Of a stretch of DNA of 64,000 nt, positions 29,938 through 40,289 are shown one piece after another. A program made the translations under genes and the position numbers. The notes beneath the pieces are model-generated. The model searched no databases. It was not told the DNA's origin and saw only the letters and a list, made by a program, of their open reading frames with translations. The stretch is from Nitrospirales bacterium (lineage in GTDB: Bacteria; Nitrospirota; Nitrospiria; Nitrospirales; UBA8639), in the NCBI GenBank assembly GCA_963555755.3, contig OY820905.2, positions 2,656,001-2,720,000 on the forward strand. Reading direction: 5' to 3'. The first letter of the stretch is position 1; each line of letters opens with the position of its first letter.

Positions 29938-30624
29938 TCACCGCCTCATCATCATGATCCACCGCCAAATATTCAACAACCCTCCGAGAGAAGCCGCGAC
30001 ATAGGTTAAGGCCGCTGCCGTTAATATTTTTCTCGCCCCCTCCATATCCGTCGGAGAAATATAATGTCCCTCTTCTAACACCGGAAGGGCTCGACGAAAG
30101 CTGGCATCCCATTCAACCGGCAGTGTGACAAGATGCACCAACGCACCAATCGACATGATCGCAAGGCCAGCCATAAAAACCAGCACCCCACCTGCAGGTG
30201 AACGAGTTACCATTGCCATGAGGGGGATCCCCATCATCACAAAGGAACCAATTTTCTCCGCCCCCTGCGCCACCCGAACAAGTTTCGTGCGTTCATGAAG
30301 TGGCTTGTACCCTGTTTTATCTTGGATCGCATGCCCGACTTCATGGGCCGCGACCGTGACTGCGGTCAGCGACTTGCCATTATAATTATCCGGCGTGAGA
30401 CGAACGACTTTCGCTTGAGGATCATAGTGATCCCCAAGCTCCGTGGTTTCCACCTGTACATCCTGCATCTCAAACCGATCGAGCAGATGCCGAGCCAGCT
30501 CACCACCAGTTCCGGAATACTCTTCCCGATGCCCTCGATATTTTTTAAAGACATATTTGGTCCACAACTGCGGACCAATGAGAATGGCCAGGACGATGAT
30601 TAATAGAAGGATGCCTCGAATCAT
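29938..30624 (-). CDS. Zinc metallopeptidase (YugP-like)
   Basis: DHYDP, AAHEVGHAIQ, TLPVEWDAS, AAALTYVAA. Confidence 0.9.
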   Translation of the reverse strand: MIRGILLLIIVLAILIGPQLWTKYVFKKYRGHREEYSGTGGELARHLLDRFEMQDVQVETTELGDHYDPQAKVVRLTPDNYNGKSLTAVTVAAHEVGHAIQDKTGYKPLHERTKLVRVAQGAEKIGSFVMMGIPLMAMVTRSPAGGVLVFMAGLAIMSIGALVHLVTLPVEWDASFRRALPVLEEGHYISPTDMEGARKILTAAALTYVAASLGGLLNIWRWIMMMRR

Positions 30625-30644
30625 GTGAGAAAAGATTGTGAACG

Positions 30645-32114
30645 TTACGAAGAACAACTCACGACCAAACGTTTGCCCCAATCCGGTGGTGGTGCAGCAT
30701 AGTCGTTCATCTCGGGTTGGTCATCGAAGGGGTGGCGAAGGAGTTCCAGTAGGCGATCGATTTCGGAATAGTCTTGTTGTTCAGTTGCCCGTTGAATGGC
30801 CACCTGAACGAGATAGTTTCGTAGAATATATTTTGGATTGCTTCGATCCATACGAATTTTGCGATCCGAATCTACACTGTTCTCGGTTTTAAGCCGTACT
30901 TGGTAGCGCTCAGCCCACCAATCGAATCCCTCGCGATCGAGGAATTGATCTCGAATCTTTGAATTGGCCGTAGGATCATCCTGGTTAAAATTCCCAAGGG
31001 CTCTGAAGAAATTCGTGAAGTCCACGTGATTGCTGTGCATCTGCGCGAATAGATCTCTTCTGAGTTTGTCATCGCCCTCGTGCGTTTCTTGTAATCCCAG
31101 TTTAGCCTGCATCAAGTCTGCGTAGGTCTTGAGCATGGTTTCTTCGTAAATTTCGGGGGCACCCACGACATCAGATTCTTCAAGCAAAGGGGAGAGCGCC
31201 TGCGAAAAAGCGCGAATGTTCCAATACCCAATGTCCGGTTGATTTTGAAACGAGTACCGTCCTTGATTATCAGAATGATTCGGAATGAAGGCCGGATTAA
31301 AATCATCCATGAACCCATAGGGTCCATAGTCCAAGGTCAAGCCCAAGATCGACATGTTGTCGGTATTCATCACGCCATGCGCCCAGCCCACAGACTGCCA
31401 ATGCGCAATCATCACACCTGTTCGCCGGGCAACTTCAGCAAGAAAATTGGCATATTTATTGGAGTTTTCATTCCAATGAGGAAAATGTTCAGCGATGACA
31501 TAATCGGCCAAAATTTTGAGGTGCTCATGCTGTTTCCGATAAAAAAATACTTCAAAGGACCCAAATCGCACATGCGTTGGTGCCATCCGAATGAGCATGG
31601 CCCCTGGTTCGGGGCGTTCTCGTAACACGCCTTCATTTCCGCCAATGATGCAGAGCGATCGCGTGGTGGGAATTCCTAACCCATGCATCGCCTCCCCACA
31701 CAAGTATTCACGGATTGTGGAACGCAGGACCGCACGGCCATCGCCATCGCGTGAATACCTGGTCTCCCCTGCCCCCTTTAACTGCAGATCCCATTTCTCG
31801 CCTCGGCTATTGCGTGCCTCACCCAAAAGAATGGCTCGACCATCCCCAAGCTGTGGCACATAATGTCCAAACTGATGGCCCGAATAGAGCATAGCAATAG
31901 GATCACTACCCGGCAGGAGGAGTTTCCCGCCAAACGCCTCATGAAATTCTGAGCGCTTGGCCTCATCCGGATCCAGGTCAATTAAATCCGCAGCCGGCGG
32001 GTTAAAACTGACCAAATGTGTTTTCTCAAACGCCGTTGGCATGACCCGTTCAAAAAAAACCTCTGGCAAGCGGGTATAGGTGTTGTCAAAGTTCAAATGT
32101 TCGAGTTTCTTCAT
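30645..32114 (-). CDS. selO: Protein adenylyltransferase SelO/YdiU
   Basis: YSGHQFG, QLGDGRA, LKGAG, DGRAVLRS, HGVMNTDN, DYGPYG, terminal SCSS. Confidence 0.95.
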   Translation of the reverse strand: MKKLEHLNFDNTYTRLPEVFFERVMPTAFEKTHLVSFNPPAADLIDLDPDEAKRSEFHEAFGGKLLLPGSDPIAMLYSGHQFGHYVPQLGDGRAILLGEARNSRGEKWDLQLKGAGETRYSRDGDGRAVLRSTIREYLCGEAMHGLGIPTTRSLCIIGGNEGVLRERPEPGAMLIRMAPTHVRFGSFEVFFYRKQHEHLKILADYVIAEHFPHWNENSNKYANFLAEVARRTGVMIAHWQSVGWAHGVMNTDNMSILGLTLDYGPYGFMDDFNPAFIPNHSDNQGRYSFQNQPDIGYWNIRAFSQALSPLLEESDVVGAPEIYEETMLKTYADLMQAKLGLQETHEGDDKLRRDLFAQMHSNHVDFTNFFRALGNFNQDDPTANSKIRDQFLDREGFDWWAERYQVRLKTENSVDSDRKIRMDRSNPKYILRNYLVQVAIQRATEQQDYSEIDRLLELLRHPFDDQPEMNDYAAPPPDWGKRLVVSCSS

Positions 32115-32203
32115 AAGTCCATTATCTTCCACGATAGAGCCAGCCGCAAGTGAAGGGTTTGCACAATACGGCCTCACACTGAAAGTTGAGATTTTACAAT
32201 AAT

Positions 32204-32674
32204 TCAAAACACCTTCCTTAAACGATCAAGACAGCCATTCCACCCTTCGTTGTGCTTCTCACGAGTCTCGGCATCAGGGAATTGCTCATGGGTAAGAATC
32301 AATTCAGTCTCCCCATCCCGATTTCGAAATTCTACCGTGACCAGGGTTTCTATAGGCGAACCCGATTCGGTACCACCACAACCGCCGCCCGCTTCCCAAG
32401 CCCAGGTGAACACGAGTTTTTCAGGGGCGACAATTTCTTTGTACATTCCTCCCACAATATGCGTTTCACCATTCGGCGCGATCATCTGAATTCGGTACTT
32501 TCCCCCTACACGTAGGTCTACTTCGGCCTCCGGAGTTTTAAAGTCATCCGTAGGGCCGAACCATTGTTTCAGGGTTTCTGGGTTCGTCCACGCTTCAAAG
32601 ACTGTTTCCCGGTTGGCTTGATAGGTCCTCTTGATTTGGAGTGTGGTCTGGTTGGTTTCTGTGGTGTTGCCCAT
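32204..32674 (-). CDS. SRPBCC/Aha1-domain protein
   Basis: VFEAWT.PE.LKQWFGP, DLRVGGKYR, H.EGW. Confidence 0.9.
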   Translation of the reverse strand: MGNTTETNQTTLQIKRTYQANRETVFEAWTNPETLKQWFGPTDDFKTPEAEVDLRVGGKYRIQMIAPNGETHIVGGMYKEIVAPEKLVFTWAWEAGGGCGGTESGSPIETLVTVEFRNRDGETELILTHEQFPDAETREKHNEGWNGCLDRLRKVF

Positions 32675-33030
32675 GATGGTCTCTCCTTTGCCTGTGATGA
32701 ATCCGGTAATTGCGAAAGATAGTGTCCCAACGCGTCCAATTGTTGTTCCCAAAATTGTTGATGGAAAGTAAACCAATCCTGCGCTTCCTGGAGTGGCACA
32801 GTATTTAAACGGCAGTGATGCACACGGCCTTCCTTTTTTCTGAGGAGCAACCCGGCTTGTTCAAGAATGCGAAGATGCTTGGAGATCGCTGGGAGTGACA
32901 CATGAAATGGTTTGGCCAACTCCTTGACCGTGGCACTCCCGGCAGCAAGCCGCTGCACAATGGCCCGGCGTGTGGGATCGGCAAGTGCCGCAAACGTAAA
33001 ATCCAGTGGTGCGCGACAATAGTTAACCAT
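32569..33030 (-). CDS. ArsR/SmtB-family regulator
   Basis: FAALADPTRRAI...SLPAISKHLRILEQAGL. Confidence 0.9.
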   Translation of the reverse strand: MVNYCRAPLDFTFAALADPTRRAIVQRLAAGSATVKELAKPFHVSLPAISKHLRILEQAGLLLRKKEGRVHHCRLNTVPLQEAQDWFTFHQQFWEQQLDALGHYLSQLPDSSQAKERPSWATPQKPTRPHSKSRGPIKPTGKQSLKRGRTQKP

Positions 33031-33067
33031 ATGGTTAACTATAAGCCACGGTCCCTCTTCCCGTCAA
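33019..33067 (-). promoter_or_regulatory. ArsR promoter with a 24-bp perfect palindromic operator over the start codon
   Basis: TTGACG-18-TATAGT on the minus strand; ATAGTTAACCAT-ATGGTTAACTAT at 33019-33042. Confidence 0.8.
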
Positions 33068-33129
33068 GCCCTCCCTCATCCTTTTTTAGGTCATACCAAT
33101 GAACGGAAAAATATGGGATAGTGGGACCC

Positions 33130-34620
33130 ATGAAACAGCCGTGCGGTTTGACCTTTTCAGTAATTCTCTTCAGCGGATTCTTTCTTTTTTCATTTCCTGT
33201 CTACGCGACCGATGTACCCAACGCCCCTGATCCAACCCGAATGGTGAAAGACATTCAAGCGTTAAGCCATCCTGACCTTTTAGGACGACAAACCGGAACC
33301 ATAGGCGGATTTGCATCAGCCGAATACGTTGCCAACCGCTTCCACCAGTTGGGGCTCACACCAAGCGGAAATATTCCTTCCTACAACCATATTTTTGAAC
33401 CATGGTACCAAATCGCACCAGTTACAAGCTCCCATATTGAGGCTCCAGCAATTTTTGAAATTTTCTCCCCCACAGTATCCGGAGAGGCTTCAACTGTGAC
33501 CCTTCAATTGGGTTCACTGTTTTTGCCAGTCCTCGATTCCCCTTCGATCAATGTGACCGTTCCCATCGTTTTTGTGGGCTATGGCATCTCAGACCCTGCG
33601 CGTGGGTGGGATGAATATGAAGGATTAGATGTTCGAAATCGTGTTGTGATGTTCTTAAGAGGGAAACCCCCTCACTACCCTCTCCACATTCAGCACTTAG
33701 AAAAAGAACGGATCGCTCGTGAAAAAGGAGCTATTGGATTTATCACACTCACCGGTCCGCTGTTGAGTCGCTACGCCGCACGTCGCCGAATGGGGCACCA
33801 ACCTTTGGCGTTTTATACCAATGCAAAAAATGAAAGACCGTTATCTGGAGTATGGATTAGCGGAGAGGTTGGTTCGGAAATATTTCAAGCACAAGGATTG
33901 TCCTTACAAGACATTCAAGAAACCCTCAACAAAAAACGCATAGTTCAATCGAGAGAGCTTCAGACCCTCGTGCGTATGCAATGGGAGAGCGACCAACATG
34001 CAGGGTCCCTCGTGAATGTCCTGGGCATGATTCCCGGAAGCGATCCCATCTTGAAACACGAAACCGTCATCCTTGGAGCCCATCGTGATCATTTTGGAAA
34101 ACAAGCCGGCCTTCTGTTTCCCGGAGCCGATGACAACGCCTCCGGCACGGCCTTGCTGTTGGAAATCGCCCGAGTTCTCATGAAGGGCCAAGCGCCAAAA
34201 CGAACCATTCTCTTTGCATCCTTTAGTGGGGAAGAACAAAACCTGTTGGGATCAAGTTGGTACGTACAGCATTCCACACGGTCATTGAATAAAACCGTTG
34301 CGATGATCAACGTCGATCATATGGGCATTGGCAATGGCCAATTAACCGTCGGCGTGTCAAAGATGCCCAAAGATGTGGCCCAACTCGCGGCAGAGAAAGA
34401 AGGTCTATCGGACAAAGTAACGTTGTATGGCTTCTTCCCCGGCGGCGATCATGTGCCATTCGCAAAAGCCGGCATTCCCACCATCGCCGTCGTCACCGCC
34501 GGCAAACATTCACACTTTCACCAACCCTCTGACACCGCTGATACCATTCAGCCTGAAATGCTTAACACCGCCGCACGCTTTGTTCTCGGAATTACACAAC
34601 GGTTAGCCAATCCTGATTGA
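33130..34620 (+). CDS. M28-family peptidase with PA domain
   Basis: VFVGYG, GAHRDH, GADDNASG, GEEQNLLGS, DHVPF, HQPSDT. Confidence 0.9.
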   Translation: MKQPCGLTFSVILFSGFFLFSFPVYATDVPNAPDPTRMVKDIQALSHPDLLGRQTGTIGGFASAEYVANRFHQLGLTPSGNIPSYNHIFEPWYQIAPVTSSHIEAPAIFEIFSPTVSGEASTVTLQLGSLFLPVLDSPSINVTVPIVFVGYGISDPARGWDEYEGLDVRNRVVMFLRGKPPHYPLHIQHLEKERIAREKGAIGFITLTGPLLSRYAARRRMGHQPLAFYTNAKNERPLSGVWISGEVGSEIFQAQGLSLQDIQETLNKKRIVQSRELQTLVRMQWESDQHAGSLVNVLGMIPGSDPILKHETVILGAHRDHFGKQAGLLFPGADDNASGTALLLEIARVLMKGQAPKRTILFASFSGEEQNLLGSSWYVQHSTRSLNKTVAMINVDHMGIGNGQLTVGVSKMPKDVAQLAAEKEGLSDKVTLYGFFPGGDHVPFAKAGIPTIAVVTAGKHSHFHQPSDTADTIQPEMLNTAARFVLGITQRLANPD

Positions 34621-34640
34621 TTGAAAAATATTTATTATGC

Positions 34641-34825
34641 AGGGTTTCGCCCCTGCAGACGAGCACTTTTGTTTCGGCAAAAGTGCCCAAAACCATTCTC
34701 GCCCGTGCGCGGCCCTCCGGGTGCCTCCGCCTCCGTACCGAATAAGAGGGCGAGGGAACTCGCTGCGCTCAAACAGCCCTCGGCGAGAAGCCGATTCGGT
34801 ACGAAGGCTCCGCCGCGCCCAACGC
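34641..34825. repeat. Family R intergenic repeat (opposite orientation)
   Basis: GGGTTTCGCCCC...CTTTTGTTTCGGCAAAAG...AACTCGCTGCGCTCAAACA. Confidence 0.75.
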
Positions 34826-34880
34826 GAAGACCAAAGATCGAGGCAGAAAATGAAGAAGCAACCTTACAGAACGATCGAAG

Positions 34881-34951
34881 GTCATTTCGAGCGGAGCGAG
34901 AAATCTCCCCTCATTGTCGAACGAGAGATTTCTCCCAAGGGTCGAAATGAC
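34881..34951. repeat. REP-like GTCATTTCGA...TCGAAATGAC hairpin element
   Basis: GTCATTTCGAGCGGAGCGAGAAATCTC...GAGATTTCTCCCAAGGGTCGAAATGAC. Confidence 0.7.
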
Positions 34952-35100
34952 AAAGGAGGGATTGAAGTGACAGAGGGAAAAACCTTGATTCTTGATTCAT
35001 GATGTCTGGAATAACGGCAGGAAAACGTGATGGGCTGCAACTAACCGACTCTGCTTCTACCATCCCAAACAGGATAAAGTCCCTTCTCTCCTGCCTTCGT

Positions 35101-35310
35101 GCACGGCGGAGCCGAAGCACCGAATCGACTTTTCGGCGAAGGCTGTTTGAGCGGAGCGAGTTCCTGAGCCATCTTGATTCGGTGCGGAGGCGGAGGCATC
35201 CTGGAGACCCAGCTTCTGAGCAGGGTCGGAGGGAGCGCGCACGGGCAAAAATGGTTTTGGTTCCTTTTGCCGAAACAAAAGGGACTCGTCGCGCGGGCGC
35301 GAAAGCCCGC
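35101..35310. repeat. Family R intergenic repeat
   Basis: Same motifs as 27921-28262, with a short internal insertion. Confidence 0.75.
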
Positions 35311-35322
35311 ATAAGAAAATTT

Positions 35323-36288
35323 CTATTCAGCTTTCCGTCGTCGCCAAAGACTTGCCAACAGTGGTCCTGTCACATTGTGCCAAATGCTAAATATCGCCCC
35401 AGGCACCGCAGCCATTGGCCCAAAATGGGCGATCGCTAACGCGACGGCGAGTCCGGAATTTTGCATGCCGACTTCAATCGCAACGGTTCGACGTTGTTGA
35501 TTCGTGGCTTTCTTGAATCCCGAGCCCCAATAACCCAGAGATAACCCCAGTGCATTGTGAGCTATCACTGCGATCAACACCACACCAGCGACATTCAGAT
35601 GATCATGATTTAACCCCACAATCACACCGACGATCCAGGCAATGATCATCATCGAGAGAATGGGAAGAATGCCTTCAAGCAACCATGGGCCTGGTTGCCA
35701 GAACCGACGCACGGTAATTCCTGACACGACAGGTAACAGCACGATCTTCATGACCGTCCATAACAGTGGGAGCGGATCAATCGACACCCACGTGGATGCA
35801 AGAATCCAAATCCACAGGGGAGTCAAGATAGGACTGAGTAATGTTGAAACCGTTGTCATGCCCACAGACAACGCCACATCACCTCGCGCGAGATAGGCCA
35901 CCACATTTGACGCGGTTCCACCTGGACACGTGCCAACTAAAATGAGGCCGAGGGCTAACAGTTTCGGCAGACCCAAGACCATCGCGATGCTCCAGGCACC
36001 AAGCGGCATCACCAAATACTGCAACCCGACTCCCACCAGCAGGATGCGGCCTGAATACCGAAGATTGAGCACATCGTGATGCGTCAGCGTGAGCCCCATG
36101 CCAAGCATCACCGCGGCGAGAGCTTCCGGAATCCAGGTTTTGCCCGATGCCGCAGATTCAGGAGCCAACCATCCCCACGCCGCTCCGAGCAACACCCACA
36201 CCACAAACCCGTCTTGGATAAGCCTCACCCAAGACGGAATAACAGATTGTGAGGAAAGTGGAACTTTTGGAGTAATAGGCGAAGTCAC
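35323..36288 (-). CDS. Bile acid:sodium symporter family transporter
   Basis: MLGMGLTL, CPGGTASNV, EVGMQNSGL, IWHNVTG. Confidence 0.9.
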   Translation of the reverse strand: MTSPITPKVPLSSQSVIPSWVRLIQDGFVVWVLLGAAWGWLAPESAASGKTWIPEALAAVMLGMGLTLTHHDVLNLRYSGRILLVGVGLQYLVMPLGAWSIAMVLGLPKLLALGLILVGTCPGGTASNVVAYLARGDVALSVGMTTVSTLLSPILTPLWIWILASTWVSIDPLPLLWTVMKIVLLPVVSGITVRRFWQPGPWLLEGILPILSMMIIAWIVGVIVGLNHDHLNVAGVVLIAVIAHNALGLSLGYWGSGFKKATNQQRRTVAIEVGMQNSGLAVALAIAHFGPMAAVPGAIFSIWHNVTGPLLASLWRRRKAE

Positions 36289-36346
36289 AACACGAACTCT
36301 TATTCTAAGATTGCGCTAACAACTACCGAAGCTCAATTTCTCTATT

Positions 36347-36480
36347 CGTTGGGCGCGGCGGAGCCGCAGCCCCGAATCGACCTTTCGGCGAGGACTGGCT
36401 GAGCGTAGCGAGTTTCCGAGCCATCTTGATTCGGGGTGGTGGACCAGGCACCCGCAGGACCGCGCGGGGGCGAAACCCTG
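36347..36480. repeat. Family R repeat, internally deleted
   Basis: CGTTGGGCGCGGCGGAGCCGCAGC...GAGCGTAGCGAGTT...GGCGAAACCC. Confidence 0.7.
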
Positions 36481-36546
36481 CAAAATAAAATTCCTGGATA
36501 AATTAAAAGCTATGAATTAATCGTTAACCTTTTTGCCTCGCAATTT

Positions 36547-37854
36547 TCAACGATTGGAAAAACGATGCGCCAACCACCCACACCCTGCCCCAAACACACA
36601 TGCTGCTGCCGCAAGATACCAAATCCCCGCATACCCCTCCACCGTTCCGGTTGCTCCCGACGCCCACGCCATTCCGACATACCCACTCACGGATAAGGCG
36701 ATTGCTCCGGCGAACTGCCCAACCATATTGATCCATCCAAGTGCATGACCGGTCCGATGATCTCCCCATCGGTCAGCCACGGCCGCATTTAGAATGGGAA
36801 AGGCATGTAAGGTGAAACCCAAGAGCAACGCCACCGCACCTAACATCAAGGAAGATCCCAGGGGCAAGGTTAAACAACTCACTGAGAGGGCCCCTAACCC
36901 TAACACGACTGATGCACACAGGAATCGACTGACGCCATGGGCTAACAAGTGATCCGACATTTTGCCCAACAAAGGGCTTCCAACAACGTGTCCTACCGTA
37001 TACACCGTTCCAATCACCCCTGCGGCAATCACGGCGTCAGCCTGGCTATATCCCTGTTCCACTCGATACCATTCACTCGCAAAAATTATCAGCCATCCTG
37101 GCACTAACCGGAGGGCAATAATCCCCGCTGCAAAATATCCGCCCAGACACCAAAGGACAGGATCTTTGATGATGGAATGTGCAACAGGGTGTATTGCTGT
37201 AGTGTTGGTTGATTGCGTCAGTACTGACGGTTCACGTGTGGTTTCTATGTGTGGCGAATAGGACCGAAGGAAGATCCAACACGCCAACCCCAAAACCGCG
37301 ACGATCAGCGCTACAATCCCCATGGCTCCCCGCCACCCAGAAACCGGAAGCATGGAACTGTCAAGAACATACACATGGAGAAGAGGGAGCAACAAAAACG
37401 CCGTGGTCTGCCCCAATCCTCCACCCAATCCATAGTACATCCCATTAGCCATTCCTCGATCCTCCGAGGCGAACCAATGACTCAACATGCTCGCAACTGG
37501 CACAAACACACTAGCAGATACGAGGCCTATCACCATCCGCCATCCCACAGCTTCGCCAAAAGATTGCGCCAAAGAAAATCCCATCAACCCGGCTGCCGAA
37601 AACAACACGCCTATCGAGATCACCGTTCGCCCACCCCATCGATCGGCACTTTTCCCCCACGGGATTTGTGCAACAGCGTAGGTATAAAAAAACGCGCTAC
37701 CCATTAGACCCAGGTTGGCCTTATCTAACTGCAGATCATCACTAATAAAGGAAGCAAGACCCGTGTAACTCCAACGCGTGAGATACGATGTGGCATAAGC
37801 CAAGACCCCACACACCAAAATCACCCACCGATATGAATGGCCCCTTGGCGACAT
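36547..37854 (-). CDS. MFS transporter
   Basis: GKSADRWGGR motif A; about 12 hydrophobic segments. Confidence 0.9.
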   Translation of the reverse strand: MSPRGHSYRWVILVCGVLAYATSYLTRWSYTGLASFISDDLQLDKANLGLMGSAFFYTYAVAQIPWGKSADRWGGRTVISIGVLFSAAGLMGFSLAQSFGEAVGWRMVIGLVSASVFVPVASMLSHWFASEDRGMANGMYYGLGGGLGQTTAFLLLPLLHVYVLDSSMLPVSGWRGAMGIVALIVAVLGLACWIFLRSYSPHIETTREPSVLTQSTNTTAIHPVAHSIIKDPVLWCLGGYFAAGIIALRLVPGWLIIFASEWYRVEQGYSQADAVIAAGVIGTVYTVGHVVGSPLLGKMSDHLLAHGVSRFLCASVVLGLGALSVSCLTLPLGSSLMLGAVALLLGFTLHAFPILNAAVADRWGDHRTGHALGWINMVGQFAGAIALSVSGYVGMAWASGATGTVEGYAGIWYLAAAACVFGAGCGWLAHRFSNR

Positions 37855-38010
37855 ACCACCCCTCGCTCTGCACATAGGATTGTTTGAGAAATGCGGCCGG
37901 TTTAAGAACAACGCACACGAGCCGGAATCTGCACGAAGGCAGGAGGCCACAGTACCACAGGAGACAGACTGTTTACATGGAAGAGGGGCTATGGGATTTC
38001 GAAGAGAAGA

Positions 38011-39729
38011 TTAATTCATCGCCGACGCGATGACACGGCCACTCTGGAGAACCGGCATCAGGGCCTCAAGAGATTGAGGCCTGGCAAACAAGAAACCTTG
38101 CGCGCGGTCACAGTCGTAAGCTTTGAGAAATTTAACTTGTTCCATGGTTTCCACGCCTTCCGCCAACACGGACAATCCCAAGCTGTGCCCCATGTCAATC
38201 ATAGACGCCACCAGGCTGGCATTATGCCCATTGTGAGGAAGGTCTTGGATAAACGACCGATCGATTTTCAGAGTATCGATGGGGAAGGTCTTGAGGTAGC
38301 GGAGGGAAGAATAGCCTGTCCCAAAATCATCGATGGAAATTTTCACGCCCATCTTTTTTATTTGGTCTAACATGGAGGTATAATCCATGGAGTCATCCAT
38401 AAACACATTCTCGGTCAACTCCAGTTCCAACATGTCGGGAGCCAGTTCGGATTCCTCCAACACTTTCTGGATCTTGGCGACCAAATCTTTATGACGGAAT
38501 TGCCGACCAGACACATTGACGGCAACTGGGATCTCAGCCATACCTTCTCGACAGATTCTCCCAATATCCGTACAGGCTTTCTGTAGAACCCACTGGCCAA
38601 GTCGATCAATAAACCCAATTTGTTCGGTAATGGGAATGAATTGCCCCGGCGGGATCACTCCTTTGGTGGGATGCTGCCATCGAACCAAGGATTCCAACCC
38701 AATGATTCGGCAAGTGTTGAGATCGACGAGCGGTTGATAGTGCAGAAAAAATTCCTCTTTGGCCAATCCCTGACGGAGATCGTTAGCCAACGACGATCGA
38801 CTGGCAACCTGCGCACCCATTCCACCCAAATAGTACTGATGGGCATTGCCTCCCTGATGTTTTGCTTGATACATCGCAATATCCGCATGTTGCAACAAGG
38901 TGCCTTCCGCATTATCGTCGAAGGGGAAAACCGTAATGCCCACCGACGCGCTGGTGAAAATTTCACGATTCTCAATAAGAAACGGTTCCGCAAGGTTGTG
39001 CAAGATCCGCTTCGCAACGATGCTGACCTGTTGAATGCTCGCAATGTCTTCCAGCACCAACGAAAACTCATCACCACCCATCCGAAACACCGTATCGCAT
39101 TCCCGCACACAAGTCCGCAGACGATCGGCCACATGTTGTAGCAACACATCTCCTGCATAATGTCCAATGGAGTCATTAATATTTTTGAAATGGTCCAGAT
39201 CGACAAACAAGAGCGCCACGAGATGTTCCGACCGTCGCGCCCGTTTGATCGCATTCCCAAACCGGTCAAAAAACAAACTCCGGTTGGGCAATCCGGTGAG
39301 CTGATCATAGTGCGCTAAAAAGGCCAGATGCTGCTGAGATCGTGTCCGTTCAATGCTATAGCGAATCGCCCGATTGAGGGACTCCATATCAATGGAACCT
39401 TTCACCAGGTAATCCTGAGCACCAAGTTGAACGGCCTCAACCGCGAGCGCTTCATCGACCACGCCACTCCAAATAAGGATAGGAATATCCGGCGCCAGCG
39501 CCTTGATGCGATGAAAGGTATCCAGCCCTTGGGAATCCGGAAGCATCAGGTCTAACAGGATGGCATCCACGGTCACCCCTTCGAGTTTTTCCAGGCCGGC
39601 ACTCAAACACTCTGCGTGGATGAGTTCAACCTTGGCGCTTCTTTTCCCAACTAAGGCTTTCTTCACCCACAGTGTATCACTGGGATTATGTTCAACTAAT
39701 AACACTCGTGTGATGGATGACTCAGACAT
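38011..39729 (-). CDS. REC-GGDEF-EAL signalling protein
   Basis: LLDLMLPD receiver; DQLTGLPNR, MGGDEF; ESLVRW, DDFGTGYSSL. Confidence 0.95.
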   Translation of the reverse strand: MSESSITRVLLVEHNPSDTLWVKKALVGKRSAKVELIHAECLSAGLEKLEGVTVDAILLDLMLPDSQGLDTFHRIKALAPDIPILIWSGVVDEALAVEAVQLGAQDYLVKGSIDMESLNRAIRYSIERTRSQQHLAFLAHYDQLTGLPNRSLFFDRFGNAIKRARRSEHLVALLFVDLDHFKNINDSIGHYAGDVLLQHVADRLRTCVRECDTVFRMGGDEFSLVLEDIASIQQVSIVAKRILHNLAEPFLIENREIFTSASVGITVFPFDDNAEGTLLQHADIAMYQAKHQGGNAHQYYLGGMGAQVASRSSLANDLRQGLAKEEFFLHYQPLVDLNTCRIIGLESLVRWQHPTKGVIPPGQFIPITEQIGFIDRLGQWVLQKACTDIGRICREGMAEIPVAVNVSGRQFRHKDLVAKIQKVLEESELAPDMLELELTENVFMDDSMDYTSMLDQIKKMGVKISIDDFGTGYSSLRYLKTFPIDTLKIDRSFIQDLPHNGHNASLVASMIDMGHSLGLSVLAEGVETMEQVKFLKAYDCDRAQGFLFARPQSLEALMPVLQSGRVIASAMN

Positions 39730-40289
39730 AAGAAAATATGAATCCTTGGTCACTGAGCAATGCAATTTTTCTATAAATTTTCTACGAGGAATACAGTAAC
39801 TTCGGCAGGCCTATTCTCAGACTTAACCCAACAAAATATGGGAAAACGCGCCTCTGATTCATTGCCAGCGCATGAGATTTTTCACCTATTACTGTGAGCT
39901 TTCAGCTTGATTTTCGCTGTTCGATGACTTGCCTGTCTTGCCACCATTTTTCATCCCCCTCCAAACGTAAAGCGCAAAAGGTCTTGGAGAAAATATGGAC
40001 TTCAAACCATCAAGAAGAATTTCCAAAAGACAGCAACGTGAAGAACGAAAACCAGAAGTACAAAAAGAGATTGTTTTCTTATGAGACGGAACCCAACAGA
40101 CCGCCATGATGAGAGGATGATAATGAAAAAATAATCATCGCCCCAAGCACCGTGGCATTCAGAGGAAAAATTGATTTGAAAATCCCCCTAACCCTCTCCT
40201 CCAAAGGGGAGACTCCTGGCTTACCGAACGCATTTCCGCTGAAAATACACTTTTACCATTATGAATCTGAAACCAAAAACGGTTTGACA

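Noticed and set aside
30645..30660. Selenocysteine at the SelO C-terminus
   Set aside because: It ends SCSS followed by TAA; no in-frame TGA.
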